Under the pieces are notes generated by a model. The model was not told where the DNA came from. It saw nothing but the letters and a program-made list of their open reading frames with translations, and made no database searches. A stretch of 62,652 nucleotides of DNA, taken from NCBI GenBank assembly GCA_028286545.1, contig JAQBRJ010000006.1:1-62652 (forward strand), written 5' to 3'. The position numbers were made by a program, and so were the translations under genes. The DNA comes from Parcubacteria group bacterium (lineage in GTDB: Bacteria; Patescibacteriota; Minisyncoccia; Phycocordibacterales; Phycocordibacteraceae). This document shows, one piece after another, positions 13,644 through 24,020 of this stretch. Within the stretch, counting starts at the first letter, position 1, and each line of letters starts with the position of its first letter.

Positions 13644-15392
13644 ATGACCCTACTCTTTATTTCGTTTGTAGCAGGACTCCTCACGGTCCTTGCCCCATGT
13701 GTTCTTCCGCTTCTACCGGTTATTATCGGCGAGTCGATAAGCGGGAAGCCGAGCCGTAAGCGCGCGGTTGTAACTATCGCATCGCTGGGTATTTCGCTCT
13801 TCCTTTTTACATTCCTGCTCAAGGTTTCGACAGTACTCATTCATGTGCCGCTTGAAGCGTTGTCGATAGTGTCCGGAGCGTTGCTTATTATTTTTGGATT
13901 ACTCACTGTCTTTCCGCAGTTATGGGATCACTTTGGTCTTGCGAATGCGTTGAACAAAAGCTCGAACCGCGTGATGGGGCAGGGCTTTATGAAGCAAAGT
14001 TTGGTTGGAGATATTATCGTTGGCGCTGCACTGGGTCCGGTATTTTCAAGTTGCAGCCCGACATACTTCCTTATTCTCGCCACGGTGCTTCCGGTGAGTT
14101 TGGCTATGGGTGTTGCATATCTCACGGTCTATATCTTTGGATTGTGTCTTGCTCTCTTTGCTATTGCGGTGCTTGGACAGCACTTGGTTATGAAGCTCGG
14201 CATTGTTTCGAATCCTGAAGGATGGCTTATGCGTTCGATTGGTATGTTATTTATCATCATCGGCTTACTCGTTATTTCAGGCATTGATAAAAAGATTGAG
14301 GCCAGCGTGCTTGCGCACGCTGGCATATTCGATGTAACGAGGATTGAGCAGCACCTTCTTACCGCGGGAAGCTCGGGTGGAACAGCAAATTCAATTGTGT
14401 ATGGGGAACAGCTTACTCCTGAACAGAAGGCAGCGAAGTACACAAAGGCGCCAGAACTCGTAAAACCTGATGGATATTTGAACACTGACGGGCAGCCGAT
14501 AACCATCGGACAATTCAAAGGAAAGAAAGTCGTTCTTATCGATTTCTGGACCTACAGCTGCATCAACTGTCAGCGAACCATTCCATATTTGAATCAGTGG
14601 TATGCAAAGTATAAAGACCAAGGGCTTGAGATAATTAGCGTGCATACGCCCGAGTTTGCCTTTGAGCACGAGCAGACAAATGTGGCAGCCGCACTCAAGC
14701 AGTTCGGTATTGAATACCCCGTAGTGCTCGATAACGAATATCAGACCTGGAATGCCTTTGGGAATCAGTTTTGGCCGCGTGAATATTTGATTGATATCGA
14801 TGGCTATGTCGTGCACGATCACGCAGGGGAAGGGGAATACGATGTGACGGAAAAGGCAATACAAGCTGCGCTCGCGGAGCGAGCGCAGCGTCTAGGTACG
14901 GATCCATCAATGATTGCATCAGGCACGGTCTCCATTGCTGACCCGAATCTTCAAGAAGTGCAGAGCCAAGAAACGTACTTTGGCTACAATCGTAACAAAT
15001 ACCTGGCGAATGGAACTCCAGGCCAAAGCGGAACCCATACCTATTCATTCCCGACGGCTACGGTACCGAACTTACTCTACTTACAGGGCACGTGGAATAT
15101 TGGAAAGGAATACGCAACGGCTTCCGCAGACGCGCACATCAAGTTTAGCTATGGTGCACACGATGTGTATTTCGTGGCGAGTGCCGGGGTGCCAGTCTCA
15201 GTGACCGTACTTCGTGACGGAGTTCCGGTAGGCACTATGGCAGGAAGTGACGTTGATCCAAAGACGTCCACGGTAACTATCGGAAGTCAGCGATTGTACC
15301 GACTCATTCACGACACCAGCGCCGGCGCTCACACTATTGAACTCATCATCCATGGTAGCGGCTTGAACGCGTATACCTTTACATTTGGTTAA
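13644..15392 (+). CDS. dipZ: DipZ-type protein: CcdA/DsbD-like membrane domain fused to a thioredoxin-like domain and a C-terminal DipZ domain
   Basis: TM domain with LAPCVLPLLP and SSCSPTYF cysteines, and a thioredoxin-like WTYSCINCQRTIP (CxxC). The ATG is at 13644; the ORF track extends to a GTG at 13626. Confidence 0.8.
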   Translation: MTLLFISFVAGLLTVLAPCVLPLLPVIIGESISGKPSRKRAVVTIASLGISLFLFTFLLKVSTVLIHVPLEALSIVSGALLIIFGLLTVFPQLWDHFGLANALNKSSNRVMGQGFMKQSLVGDIIVGAALGPVFSSCSPTYFLILATVLPVSLAMGVAYLTVYIFGLCLALFAIAVLGQHLVMKLGIVSNPEGWLMRSIGMLFIIIGLLVISGIDKKIEASVLAHAGIFDVTRIEQHLLTAGSSGGTANSIVYGEQLTPEQKAAKYTKAPELVKPDGYLNTDGQPITIGQFKGKKVVLIDFWTYSCINCQRTIPYLNQWYAKYKDQGLEIISVHTPEFAFEHEQTNVAAALKQFGIEYPVVLDNEYQTWNAFGNQFWPREYLIDIDGYVVHDHAGEGEYDVTEKAIQAALAERAQRLGTDPSMIASGTVSIADPNLQEVQSQETYFGYNRNKYLANGTPGQSGTHTYSFPTATVPNLLYLQGTWNIGKEYATASADAHIKFSYGAHDVYFVASAGVPVSVTVLRDGVPVGTMAGSDVDPKTSTVTIGSQRLYRLIHDTSAGAHTIELIIHGSGLNAYTFTFG

Positions 15393-15438
15393 ACAGCCTC
15401 TCCGCGGGTCAGTGATATACTGACACTAAGAGCTCCGT

Positions 15439-16269
15439 ATGACTGAAGACGTTACTTATCTCATCCACCGCACTACTGAATTCTTCCGTATACGTTTTAT
15501 TGCGCATGCGAACGGTATCGCCAAGGCGTCCCTGATTCTTATTGCCGGTATTATTGGCTACTACCTCACAGCAGCCCTCATACGAAAGATCTTGCTGAAG
15601 AGTCGAGTGCAGGACGCATTTGCTCGCATACTCGTCGACAATGTCTACAAGACCATTGTTATTGTCATTACGATAATTACTGCAGCAAATCAGCTCGGTA
15701 TTAATATCACGGCGCCGCTCGCAGGTCTTGGTATCGCTGGTATCGCTATTGGTTTCGCTGCGCAGGATTCGTTGTCGAATATCATTGCTAGCTTCCTGAT
15801 TTTCTTTGATAAGCCATTTCGCGTAGGGGACTACATTACGCTTGGTGAGTACTATGGCCGTATTGAGCGCATTACTATGCGTAGCACGCGCATTCGTACG
15901 CAGGACAATACCTATGTGGTAATTCCGAATCAGAAAATTATTAACGATGTGCTTATCGATCACACAACCAATGGCGACACACGCATTGTGATACCGGTGA
16001 GTATTGGATATGAGGCGTCAATTGATGCCGCTCGTGAAGCTATCCTTGCACAGGTCTCACTTATTGAAGGAGTTGCACAGAATCCTGCTCCCGATGTGGT
16101 GGTAAATACGCTTGGAGATTCGGGAGTGAATTTGCTTGTACGTGTTTGGATTAAAGATGCGTCCATTGAACGTCGAACATTCTTTAGAACTGTTGAAACT
16201 ACAAAGCGAGCACTTGATGCTGCGGGCATCTCCATACCGTATCCGCATGTAGAAATCGTGAAGAAATAA
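15439..16269 (+). CDS. Mechanosensitive ion channel (MscS family)
   Basis: 276 aa with TM helices followed by FDKPFRVGDYITLGEYYGRIERITMRSTRIRTQDNTYVVIPNQKI, the MscS beta-domain signature. Confidence 0.85.
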   Translation: MTEDVTYLIHRTTEFFRIRFIAHANGIAKASLILIAGIIGYYLTAALIRKILLKSRVQDAFARILVDNVYKTIVIVITIITAANQLGINITAPLAGLGIAGIAIGFAAQDSLSNIIASFLIFFDKPFRVGDYITLGEYYGRIERITMRSTRIRTQDNTYVVIPNQKIINDVLIDHTTNGDTRIVIPVSIGYEASIDAAREAILAQVSLIEGVAQNPAPDVVVNTLGDSGVNLLVRVWIKDASIERRTFFRTVETTKRALDAAGISIPYPHVEIVKK

Positions 16270-16337
16270 TACTGCGCATTGCGGTATACGGTCGCTCTCT
16301 TACGACGTCTGTAGTAAAATGGAGTATTCGTTTCCGT

Positions 16338-18083
16338 ATGCCTAAACCTCCTAAATCTACAGCACCAGACACTTCTCCGAGCTTGCTCGCACTCCTTCGC
16401 CCTTATACGGGATGGGTGATATTGCTCGTGGTGCTTACCGTAATAGGAAGCGCCTTGAACCTCGTAATTCCACAAATCTTTGCACGAGCGATTGACTCAT
16501 ACACGGCAGGAACCCTTAACCTTACGGTAACGCTGGTGTGGTTTGGTATCGTTGCAGCCGGTATCTTTTTGATGAATGCACTTCAGGGCATTGTGCAGAC
16601 GTATGCCTCTGAAATGGTTGCGCGCGACCTTCGTATGAAAGTCGCCGCTGCCATATCACTTCAAGAATATGCAGCAATTGAGGCGCTTACTCCTTCTAAA
16701 CTCCTTACGAATCTCACCTCAGATGTAGACGCAGTGAAGACGTTCGTTGCGCAAGCGATAGCGTCCATCATCTCTTCTGTCTTTATCATCATTGGTGCTT
16801 CTGCACTTTTGCTCTATTTGAACTGGAAGCTTGCGCTCGCCGTGCTCCTCATACTTCCGTTCATAGCGGGCACCTTCTATATTGTGCTCGGTCGTGTACG
16901 CAAACTCTTCCGCCAAGCTCAGGAAATGATCGATCGACTCAATAAGGTTATTAATGAAAGTATTCTTGGCGCTGCGCTTGTACGGTTACTCCATTCACAA
17001 CAGCGCGAGTACGAAAAGTTCATCGATGCAAACGATGGAGCACGCGGGATCAGTATGCAGATCTTGAAGCTCTTTGCCTCCATGATTCCTGCTATTACGT
17101 TCCTTACGAATCTCGCAACACTCACGATCCTCTTGCTGGGCGGCAGCTTTGTTATTCATAGTTCCATGACGCTTGGACAATTCGCCGCATTCAATAGCTA
17201 CCTCGGTATTCTTATCTTCCCAATTATCATTATTGGTTTTATGAGCAATGCCATCGCACAGGCACAGGCTTCGTACGGTCGCATTGCTCAAGTACTTACG
17301 GCAACCGTTCGTCCAGATACGGGCACAATCACAAAACCACTTACGGGCGAGATTACGGTCAAAGACCTCTCACTAACCTACAAAGAAAATCATGTGCTCA
17401 AGGATGTGTCGTTTGAAATCAAAGCGGGTACGAAGAACGCAATCATCGGACCAACGGCTGCTGGCAAGTCGCAGCTTTTCTATATCATGACCGGCCTTCT
17501 TGCACCTACGGCAGGCGTTGTTGAGTTTGATGGATATCCAATTGCTGAATATGCAAAGCACGATTTGCATGCGCAGATTGGGTTTGTCTTCCAAGATAGC
17601 GTGCTCTTTAACCTTACGCTTCGTGAAAATATTGCCTTTAGCGATCGTGTCGCAGACGAAGACCTTGCAAAGGCTATCGACACGGCTGAACTCCACGACT
17701 TTATCAATCAATTACCCAAGGGCTTGGATACCGTGGTGTCTGAGCGAGGTACGTCACTTTCCGGTGGGCAGAAGCAGCGCGTGATGCTTGCGCGTGCATT
17801 AGCGCTTAATCCAAAGATTCTTTTGCTCGATGACTTCACGGCACGTGTTGATCCTGCGACAGAAGAAAAGATTCTAGGGAATGTTTTGAAGAATTATCCT
17901 GATCTTACCCTCATCTCTATTACGCAAAAGATTGCGCCGGTTGAAAAGTACGACCAGATACTTCTTCTTATGGAAGGGGAAGTGCTTGGTCGTGGCACGC
18001 ACGCAGAGCTTATGAGCACGAGCCCAGAGTACGTGCAGATATTTGATTCGCAAAAGAGCACGGAAGAGTTTGAGACCGCATAA
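16338..18083 (+). CDS. ABC exporter, fused permease/ATPase subunit (heterodimer partner 1)
   Basis: 581 aa. Six-TM exporter domain then an NBD with GPTAAGKS, LSGGQKQR and LLLDDFT. Confidence 0.9.
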   Translation: MPKPPKSTAPDTSPSLLALLRPYTGWVILLVVLTVIGSALNLVIPQIFARAIDSYTAGTLNLTVTLVWFGIVAAGIFLMNALQGIVQTYASEMVARDLRMKVAAAISLQEYAAIEALTPSKLLTNLTSDVDAVKTFVAQAIASIISSVFIIIGASALLLYLNWKLALAVLLILPFIAGTFYIVLGRVRKLFRQAQEMIDRLNKVINESILGAALVRLLHSQQREYEKFIDANDGARGISMQILKLFASMIPAITFLTNLATLTILLLGGSFVIHSSMTLGQFAAFNSYLGILIFPIIIIGFMSNAIAQAQASYGRIAQVLTATVRPDTGTITKPLTGEITVKDLSLTYKENHVLKDVSFEIKAGTKNAIIGPTAAGKSQLFYIMTGLLAPTAGVVEFDGYPIAEYAKHDLHAQIGFVFQDSVLFNLTLRENIAFSDRVADEDLAKAIDTAELHDFINQLPKGLDTVVSERGTSLSGGQKQRVMLARALALNPKILLLDDFTARVDPATEEKILGNVLKNYPDLTLISITQKIAPVEKYDQILLLMEGEVLGRGTHAELMSTSPEYVQIFDSQKSTEEFETA

Positions 18084-18090
18084 ACTTTAT

Positions 18091-19881
18091 ATGGACTACA
18101 CACTAAACACAGGCGAGCATACGGGAAAAGACAAAGACGGCAACAAAGATGGCGAAAGTTCTCTTGGACTTGCGTGGGCAAGCCTTGGACCCCTTCTAAA
18201 GGCTGAGAAACTCAATATTTCTATTGCCCTTGTCGCAGTGCTCATCAGTTCTGCAGCAAACCTTCTCTCTCCGGTCATTATCGCGCGCGTTATCGACACG
18301 GCGCTTGCAACGCATAACTTTGGTCTTGTGCTGCGATACAGCGCGCTGCTGCTCGTGGTGTACCTCATTGGTTTAGTCGCACAGTATATTCAGACTATTC
18401 GCATGGGTACGGTAGGTCGCGGTGTGCTCTTTTCACTTCGTAATGAATTGTTCACGAAACTCTCGAGCTTGCCGATTGCATTCTTCAATCAGAACAAGGC
18501 TGGCGATCTTATCTCGCGCGTCAACAATGACACCGACAAACTCAACCAATTCTTCTCGCAAGCACTAATGCAGTTCTTTGGGAACTTCTTTATTATTGTG
18601 GGTGCTGGAGTATTGCTTGTCGTACTTCATGTGCGCCTTGGTTTGGCAGCGCTCCTACCGGCGCTCGGCATCCTCATTATTACGCAGCTCTCCGGCGCTT
18701 GGGTGAAGCGAAAGAGTCGCGCAGGCCTGCAGAGTTTGGGCTCAATGTCCGGTGAAATCCAAGAGAGTCTTGCAAACTTCAAAGTCATTGTTGCATTCAA
18801 TCGCCTCGATTACTTCCGTGAGAAGTTCAGGGAAGCAAATGAAATTAACTACAAAGCATCGGTCGGTGCAGGCATTGCATCCAACATCTTCACACCAATC
18901 TATACCTTTGCCTCAAACATTGCCCAACTCATTGTGCTTGGCTACGGTATTGTACTCATTTCGCATGGGCAGCTCACCATCGGTCTTTTGGTCGGGTATT
19001 TGCTTTACGTAACTAACTTCTATAACCCGCTTCGTCAGCTCGCGAGTGTATGGTCGAGCTTGCAGCTCGCGCTTGCATCGCTCGATCGTATTGGTGAAGT
19101 ACTTGAACTTGAATCAAACCTTCATGCACTTCCCGCGGAGCAGGCAAAGACCATTACCACGACGGGGTTGCTTACCTTTGAAGACGTTTCGTTCGCGTAT
19201 CCAAATGGCAAACAGGTATTGGGTGATGTAAACCTCACCCTTGAAGCAGGGAAGACGTACGCACTCGTTGGGCCAACAGGGGGAGGCAAAACCACGACCG
19301 CATCGCTCATGGCACGTTTGTACGACCCTACAAAAGGTACCGTATACCTCGAAGGTCGTGACATCCGCACGTATACCGATACCGAGCGCGCGCAAAAGAT
19401 TGGCTTCATCCTTCAAGAACCATTTCTCTTTAGTGGTACCGTGCGTGACAATATTGTCTATGGAAATACCGAGCTCATGGCGCTTACGGAAGTTGAACTC
19501 CTGCGTCGTTTGTCGGCAGCACACTTCGATAGACTCATGGAGCGGTTTACCGATGGACTCGAGACAGTAACGAGTGCATCTGGAGATACGTTGTCGCTGG
19601 GACAGAAGCAGCTTGTTGCGTTCATGCGCGCGGTACTCCGCGCGCCAGACCTGCTCATTCTCGACGAAGCTACGGCAAACATCGACACTGTTACCGAACA
19701 ACTCCTTGAAGACATTCTCGAACAGCTTCCAAAGACCACGACAAAAGTTATCATCGCTCACCGCCTTAATACCATTTCTTCAGCCGACGATATCTTCTTT
19801 ATCAATGGTGGTCATATCACAGAAGCCGGCTCAATGGACCATGCGGTAGAAATGCTCATGCATGGCAAGCGTAGTAGCTAG
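18091..19881 (+). CDS. ABC exporter, fused permease/ATPase subunit (heterodimer partner 2)
   Basis: NBD motifs GPTGGGKT, LSLGQKQL and LILDEATA. I place the start at ATG 18091 (MDYTLNT), just after the upstream stop, rather than at 18043, which overlaps the preceding gene. Confidence 0.88.
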   Translation: MDYTLNTGEHTGKDKDGNKDGESSLGLAWASLGPLLKAEKLNISIALVAVLISSAANLLSPVIIARVIDTALATHNFGLVLRYSALLLVVYLIGLVAQYIQTIRMGTVGRGVLFSLRNELFTKLSSLPIAFFNQNKAGDLISRVNNDTDKLNQFFSQALMQFFGNFFIIVGAGVLLVVLHVRLGLAALLPALGILIITQLSGAWVKRKSRAGLQSLGSMSGEIQESLANFKVIVAFNRLDYFREKFREANEINYKASVGAGIASNIFTPIYTFASNIAQLIVLGYGIVLISHGQLTIGLLVGYLLYVTNFYNPLRQLASVWSSLQLALASLDRIGEVLELESNLHALPAEQAKTITTTGLLTFEDVSFAYPNGKQVLGDVNLTLEAGKTYALVGPTGGGKTTTASLMARLYDPTKGTVYLEGRDIRTYTDTERAQKIGFILQEPFLFSGTVRDNIVYGNTELMALTEVELLRRLSAAHFDRLMERFTDGLETVTSASGDTLSLGQKQLVAFMRAVLRAPDLLILDEATANIDTVTEQLLEDILEQLPKTTTKVIIAHRLNTISSADDIFFINGGHITEAGSMDHAVEMLMHGKRSS

Positions 19882-19899
19882 TGGCTTGAAATAGCGAGA

Positions 19900-20328
19900 A
19901 TGATAGAATCGACGCATATGGACCAAAAAGAATTTGAAGGCATTGCTATAGAGGAGTGGGCACTCATCCCGCAGCATTTTAAGGAGAGTATACAGAACGT
20001 TGCATTGCTCATTGAAGACGAGCCAAGTCCCGAGCTTCTCGAAGAGCGCGGACTAGAAGAAGGACAAACGCTTCTTGGTATCTACCATGGCATCCCCCTT
20101 ACACAGCGCGGAGAAGGGTACGGCGTTGGCGAAACACTCCCTGATACCATCACCATTTTCCGTCATCCTATTGAAGACGAATCAATGGCACTCGACCAAT
20201 CCCCAAGCGATGCTATTCGCACCATCATCCGTGAGACTCTCTGGCACGAAGTCGGTCACTACTTTGGGCATGGGGAAGAACATTTGCGCGAGCGCGAGGC
20301 AGAGGATACTAATACATTTGAAACTTAG
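19900..20328 (+). CDS. Zincin-like metallopeptidase family protein (Zincin_1 / DUF1025-like)
   Basis: 142 aa. LLGIYHGIPLTQR, PDTITIFRHPI and the HEVGHYFG zinc-binding motif. Confidence 0.8.
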   Translation: MIESTHMDQKEFEGIAIEEWALIPQHFKESIQNVALLIEDEPSPELLEERGLEEGQTLLGIYHGIPLTQRGEGYGVGETLPDTITIFRHPIEDESMALDQSPSDAIRTIIRETLWHEVGHYFGHGEEHLREREAEDTNTFET

Positions 20329-20344
20329 TTTCTGGCCAATAGGT

Positions 20345-20379
20345 ATATAAAAAGAAAGCCGCTCTCCCATTCGGCTTCC
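20345..20379 (-). terminator. Putative intrinsic terminator of the 20397..20840 gene
   Basis: Minus-strand hairpin GGAAGCCG-loop-CGGCUUUC followed by UUUUUAUAUA. Confidence 0.45.
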
Positions 20380-20396
20380 CGATGGAGAACGGCAGA

Positions 20397-20840
20397 TTAT
20401 TTAGATTTCCTGAGATCCAAATAGATATTGTCAGCCATTGCGGCAATAATGCCACCGAATGCGATGCGAAAGACCGTAATGCGACCCGCGAATTCAAACG
20501 AACTTTGCGTATAAGCGAAATTCAAAATAGATTCAATGGTCATTGTGCCGATAAGTCCGCCATTGTTCGGGAGGAATCCAGGTGCTGCCATCGCTAGTCG
20601 CCCGATGACATTATCAGACTGAGCTTCCAGCACATGATGAATTTCCATGGTAAAGCCGGCCTTGATCAACGCATATGCAATTCGCGCACGACACTTTGCG
20701 TCAATCGTGTCATGGATATTGGTAGCCTCAAGACATGGCTCATAGGTTGCTGCAGTGATACCAAGCTGCCCCATGAGCGTGCGAGCAAAATTGTGAATGT
20801 ACGTTTGTCGTTGTGCGTCCGTTTGACGTCCCATTTTCAT
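20397..20840 (-). CDS. Hypothetical protein
   Basis: 147-aa ORF. AGGAG precedes the start region. Spacing favours the second ATG (MGRQ..., at 20834). Own terminator hairpin downstream. No family recognised. Confidence 0.5.
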   Translation of the reverse strand: MKMGRQTDAQRQTYIHNFARTLMGQLGITAATYEPCLEATNIHDTIDAKCRARIAYALIKAGFTMEIHHVLEAQSDNVIGRLAMAAPGFLPNNGGLIGTMTIESILNFAYTQSSFEFAGRITVFRIAFGGIIAAMADNIYLDLRKSK

Positions 20841-21034
20841 TCTCCTAAGAGCAACCTACCTGGCACTATGCCTCGATACCAATGGGTGGGTATCACCGTA
20901 GGGTCACAACGTGACTAAGCAATAGTGCATTACGTATATTAATTTGTCAAATACTAGATACTTATCCCCACATGAGTGGCTTTGGCCGTACTGATAGGCT
21001 GAGTATCTAGGTATTCGCTAATCAATTTCTATAT

Positions 21035-21658
21035 ATGAAACTCTACTATTCACCGGGCGCGTGCTCACTCTCGCCTCATATTGTTGCTCGTGAAGGGAAG
21101 CTTCCCGTTGAACTTTCGCGGGTTACGTTTGATGGCGCTGTACGCACAACTGCTGAAGGCGAAGACTTCTTTGTCGTAAATCCAAAGGGAGGGTATGTGC
21201 CTGCACTTCGTTTGGACTCAGGTGAAGTCCTTGCTGAAGGCGTTGCCATCATTCAATACCTTGCCGATCAGTCGTCTGAAACTCTTACTCCAGAGAAGGG
21301 TTCGATGGACTACTATCGCATGCTTGAGTGGCTCACGTTTATTAGTTCGGAGATTCATAAGGGATTCTCGCCGCTTTATAACCCCGCTATTACTGACGAA
21401 GCTAAGGAAGCGCAGATCAAGAAAATCTTTGGACGACTTACGTTTGTCGAAGCTGAACTTGGTAACCACTCATATTTGATTGGAGATGCGCTCACACTTC
21501 CTGACGCGTACCTTTATACGATTCTTCGCTGGTCGAAGAAGTTTGCCATGGATCTTTCTGGGCATCCAAACATCAGTGCATTCATGGCTCGCATGGACGC
21601 ACGCGAAGGGGTGAAGGAAGCACTGAAAGAGGAAGGACTGGAGGCCTTTACGGCGTAA
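21035..21658 (+). CDS. gstA: Glutathione S-transferase, beta class (GstA-like)
   Basis: 207 aa. MKLYYSPGACSLSPHI, NPKG.VPAL, EGVAIIQYLAD, EWL.FISSEIHKGFSPL, DAYLYTILRW and AFMARM align along the full length with E. coli GstA as I recall it. Confidence 0.85.
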   Translation: MKLYYSPGACSLSPHIVAREGKLPVELSRVTFDGAVRTTAEGEDFFVVNPKGGYVPALRLDSGEVLAEGVAIIQYLADQSSETLTPEKGSMDYYRMLEWLTFISSEIHKGFSPLYNPAITDEAKEAQIKKIFGRLTFVEAELGNHSYLIGDALTLPDAYLYTILRWSKKFAMDLSGHPNISAFMARMDAREGVKEALKEEGLEAFTA

Positions 21659-21675
21659 ATAGGTTTGTTGGTATA

Positions 21676-21703
21676 AGAGCCGCGGCCATGGCCGCGGCTC
21701 TTT
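21676..21703 (+). terminator. Intrinsic terminator after the GST gene
   Basis: Perfect GC-rich palindrome AGAGCCGCGGCC-AT-GGCCGCGGCUCU followed by UUU. Confidence 0.55.
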
Positions 21704-21717
21704 GCTATACTTGTGGC

Positions 21718-22140
21718 ATGTGGATGATCTACGCAGCAGGGTCAGCGATTGCCGCAGCCCTCGTATCGATATTTGGAAAGGTAGGACTTCGTGAAGTGGA
21801 TCCTACTCTTGCGACCATTATTCGCGGTGTCGTGATGGGGCTGTTGCTGGTTATTGCTGGGTTTGCGCTTAAGAAATTCAACACACCAGCACTTTCTGCA
21901 ATTCACGGGCGTGCCTGGCTTTTCATTTTGCTTTCGGCCGCAGCTGGCGCAGCGTCGTGGGTATTGTATTTCACGGCGCTTAAGCTTGGACCTGCCGGTG
22001 GCGTTGCTGTTATAGACAAGATGTCGGTAGTGCTCATTATTATTCTCGCAGCGTTCGCGTTTGGCGAAGCATTCACACTGCGCTCTGCTGCTGGCGTTAT
22101 ACTTACTATCGCAGGCGCAGCACTTATCGTATTTAAATAA
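21718..22140 (+). CDS. Small EamA-like (DMT superfamily) membrane transporter
   Basis: About 140 aa with four TM helices and a single EamA-type repeat (FGKVGL..., [14 protein letters not shown]). I place the start at ATG 21718 because the track start 21688 lies inside the terminator hairpin. Confidence 0.65.
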   Translation: MWMIYAAGSAIAAALVSIFGKVGLREVDPTLATIIRGVVMGLLLVIAGFALKKFNTPALSAIHGRAWLFILLSAAAGAASWVLYFTALKLGPAGGVAVIDKMSVVLIIILAAFAFGEAFTLRSAAGVILTIAGAALIVFK

Positions 22141-22148
22141 TCATTCTT

Positions 22149-22637
22149 ATGGAAAAGAAAGCATATCTTGCGGGCGGATGTTTCTGGGGACTCGAAGACT
22201 TGTTCCGAACTCAGCCAGGAATCATTTCAATAGACGCCGGCTATACGGGAGGTGAGAATGAAAATCCAACGTACGAGAACCATCCCGGCCATGCCGAAGC
22301 ATTGGAGATTGTATACGACGATGAGAAGACAGACTTCAAGCATCTGCTCGACTTCTTCTTTCAGATTCACAACCCAACGACGTTGAACCAACAGGGAAAT
22401 GATCGTGGCACTTCGTATCGTTCGGCCATCTTCTACCAGAACGAAGACGAGAAGAAACAGGCTGAAGATTTCATTGCGATCGTGAACGACTCGAAACGCT
22501 GGAAAGATCCGGTAGTTACAACCCTTGAGCCCTTCACCAAGTTTTGGAAAGCCGAAGAGTACCATCAGGACTACCTCCAGAAGAATCCTGGGGGCTATAC
22601 ATGCCACGCCATTTATTTCGATTCGTATTTGAAATAA
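22149..22637 (+). CDS. msrA: Peptide-methionine (S)-S-oxide reductase
   Basis: 162 aa. [15 protein letters not shown] active-site motif, [17 protein letters not shown] and EYHQDYL. Confidence 0.92.
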   Translation: MEKKAYLAGGCFWGLEDLFRTQPGIISIDAGYTGGENENPTYENHPGHAEALEIVYDDEKTDFKHLLDFFFQIHNPTTLNQQGNDRGTSYRSAIFYQNEDEKKQAEDFIAIVNDSKRWKDPVVTTLEPFTKFWKAEEYHQDYLQKNPGGYTCHAIYFDSYLK

Positions 22638-22721
22638 AGCTGAATATCACACAAGCTGACAAGCCTAACGTTGAGGTGTATATTCAATAAGCCTTTACAA
22701 CGAATAAAAGGAGCTCTTTAC

Positions 22722-23453
22722 ATGTGTATGGTTACTGGATTGCGTCGGTACCCCCTCAAGGGTGCTGCTGGCGAAAGTGTCGATCATATTCTGTTTAATG
22801 CGGAAATCGGTATCGCGGGTGATCGACAATATGCTCTTAAAAGAAAGCCCTCGGTTGCCGATGGCAGATGGTCGCCCAAAGGTGTCTTTTATGTCGCCAT
22901 GAATAGGGCAGTCATGCCCACTCAAGTGCCGACCTATGGCGCTGATGGTCAGTTGGATCCGGCATGCGTTGCCAAGATTGGCGCCGCGCTTGGTCTGGAT
23001 GAGCCGCCGGCAGTTCTTGAAACTCAAGGCCTGTTCAATATTACCGACACGAACAACTCGTCGATTTCGTTTCTGAACCTTGCGTCGGTACGTGAGCTCA
23101 GCAAATTCATGGGCGCCATCATTAACCCGTATCGTTTTCGCATGAACGTACACCTCGATGGATTCGGGCCATTCGAAGAACTTTCGTGGGTAACGAAGTT
23201 TCCGGGTGACCAGGTTATTACGGTTGGCGATGTTGAGTTTCGAGTCGATGACGCGTGTGAACGCTGCAGAGCAGTGGAAGCGAACCCTGAGACCGGAGAA
23301 TATGACCTCGAGATACTTAAAGCTCTCGATGAACTGCTGAAATCGCGTGGGTACCCTGGATCCCCGCACCGGAATGTCCATAAGGTGATGGGTATCCTCG
23401 CACGTCCTCTTTCTGATGGGCGCATCAGTGTGGGAGATCTGATCACCCCATAA
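22722..23453 (+). CDS. MOSC domain-containing protein
   Basis: LRRYPLKGAAGE at the N-terminus and FRVDDACERCRAVEANPETGE (conserved MOSC cysteine). AAGGAG lies 8 nt upstream of ATG 22722. G+C is 34/60 at 22921-22980. Confidence 0.7.
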   Translation: MCMVTGLRRYPLKGAAGESVDHILFNAEIGIAGDRQYALKRKPSVADGRWSPKGVFYVAMNRAVMPTQVPTYGADGQLDPACVAKIGAALGLDEPPAVLETQGLFNITDTNNSSISFLNLASVRELSKFMGAIINPYRFRMNVHLDGFGPFEELSWVTKFPGDQVITVGDVEFRVDDACERCRAVEANPETGEYDLEILKALDELLKSRGYPGSPHRNVHKVMGILARPLSDGRISVGDLITP

Positions 23454-23561
23454 CTATCTCATGTGCTCACACACCAAACACCTGTCGGCTCACCCTGGCA
23501 GGTTTTTCTTTTAGGTATGACGTTTAGGCTATACTATATTTCTATTCATAACCTATTTAAT

Positions 23562-23993
23562 ATGAGTTATTCATCTTCAACATCAATTGTTATCAACGCG
23601 CCCAAGACTGCGGTGTGGGACGCCCTCATCAATCCGGTAGCGGTAAAAGCCTACTTCTTTGGAACGGACCTGGTAACCGATTGGGAAGTTGGCTCGCCAA
23701 TCTTTTTCCGGGGAGAATGGCAGGGTAAAACATATGAAGATAAGGGAACAGTATTAGAATACACTCCCGAAGATACGCTTTCGTATACCTATTGGAGCAG
23801 TATGGGTGGGAAGGAAGATTTGTCTGAAAACTATCAAACCCTTCGCTATACGGTCGTTGAGGAAGGGGACGACACTAAGGTAACCATTGATCAATCCAAC
23901 GTTGCGACCCAGGAAAGTGCTGATCATTCGAGCGAAAACTGGAAGGGTGTGCTCGAAGGACTCAAGAAGTACGTAGAAGGGAGCGCTTCATAA
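23562..23993 (+). CDS. SRPBCC / AHSA1-like domain protein
   Basis: IVINAPKTAVWDALINPVAVKAYFFG...WEVGSPIFFRGEWQGKTYEDKGTVLEY is typical of Aha1/START-like SRPBCC proteins. I place the start at ATG 23562. Confidence 0.7.
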   Translation: MSYSSSTSIVINAPKTAVWDALINPVAVKAYFFGTDLVTDWEVGSPIFFRGEWQGKTYEDKGTVLEYTPEDTLSYTYWSSMGGKEDLSENYQTLRYTVVEEGDDTKVTIDQSNVATQESADHSSENWKGVLEGLKKYVEGSAS

Positions 23994-24020
23994 TCCGGAG
24001 CATGGTATCGTAGTCATACA

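Noticed and set aside
18043-18090. Track start of the second ABC exporter gene at 18043, overlapping the first gene by 41 nt.
   Set aside because: The extension is a basic, non-conserved-looking peptide. ATG 18091 follows the upstream stop directly and gives a normal N-terminus.
21688-21717. Track start of the EamA-like gene at 21688.
   Set aside because: This ATG lies in the loop of the perfect GC-rich terminator palindrome after the GST gene. ATG 21718 begins the first TM helix.
19114-23381. Long antisense ORFs inside the ABC exporter gene (19114..19761), the MOSC gene (22695..23381) and, further on, dapD (60072..60602).
   Set aside because: The sense frames have unambiguous family motifs. 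The antisense frames are the usual open shadow frames.
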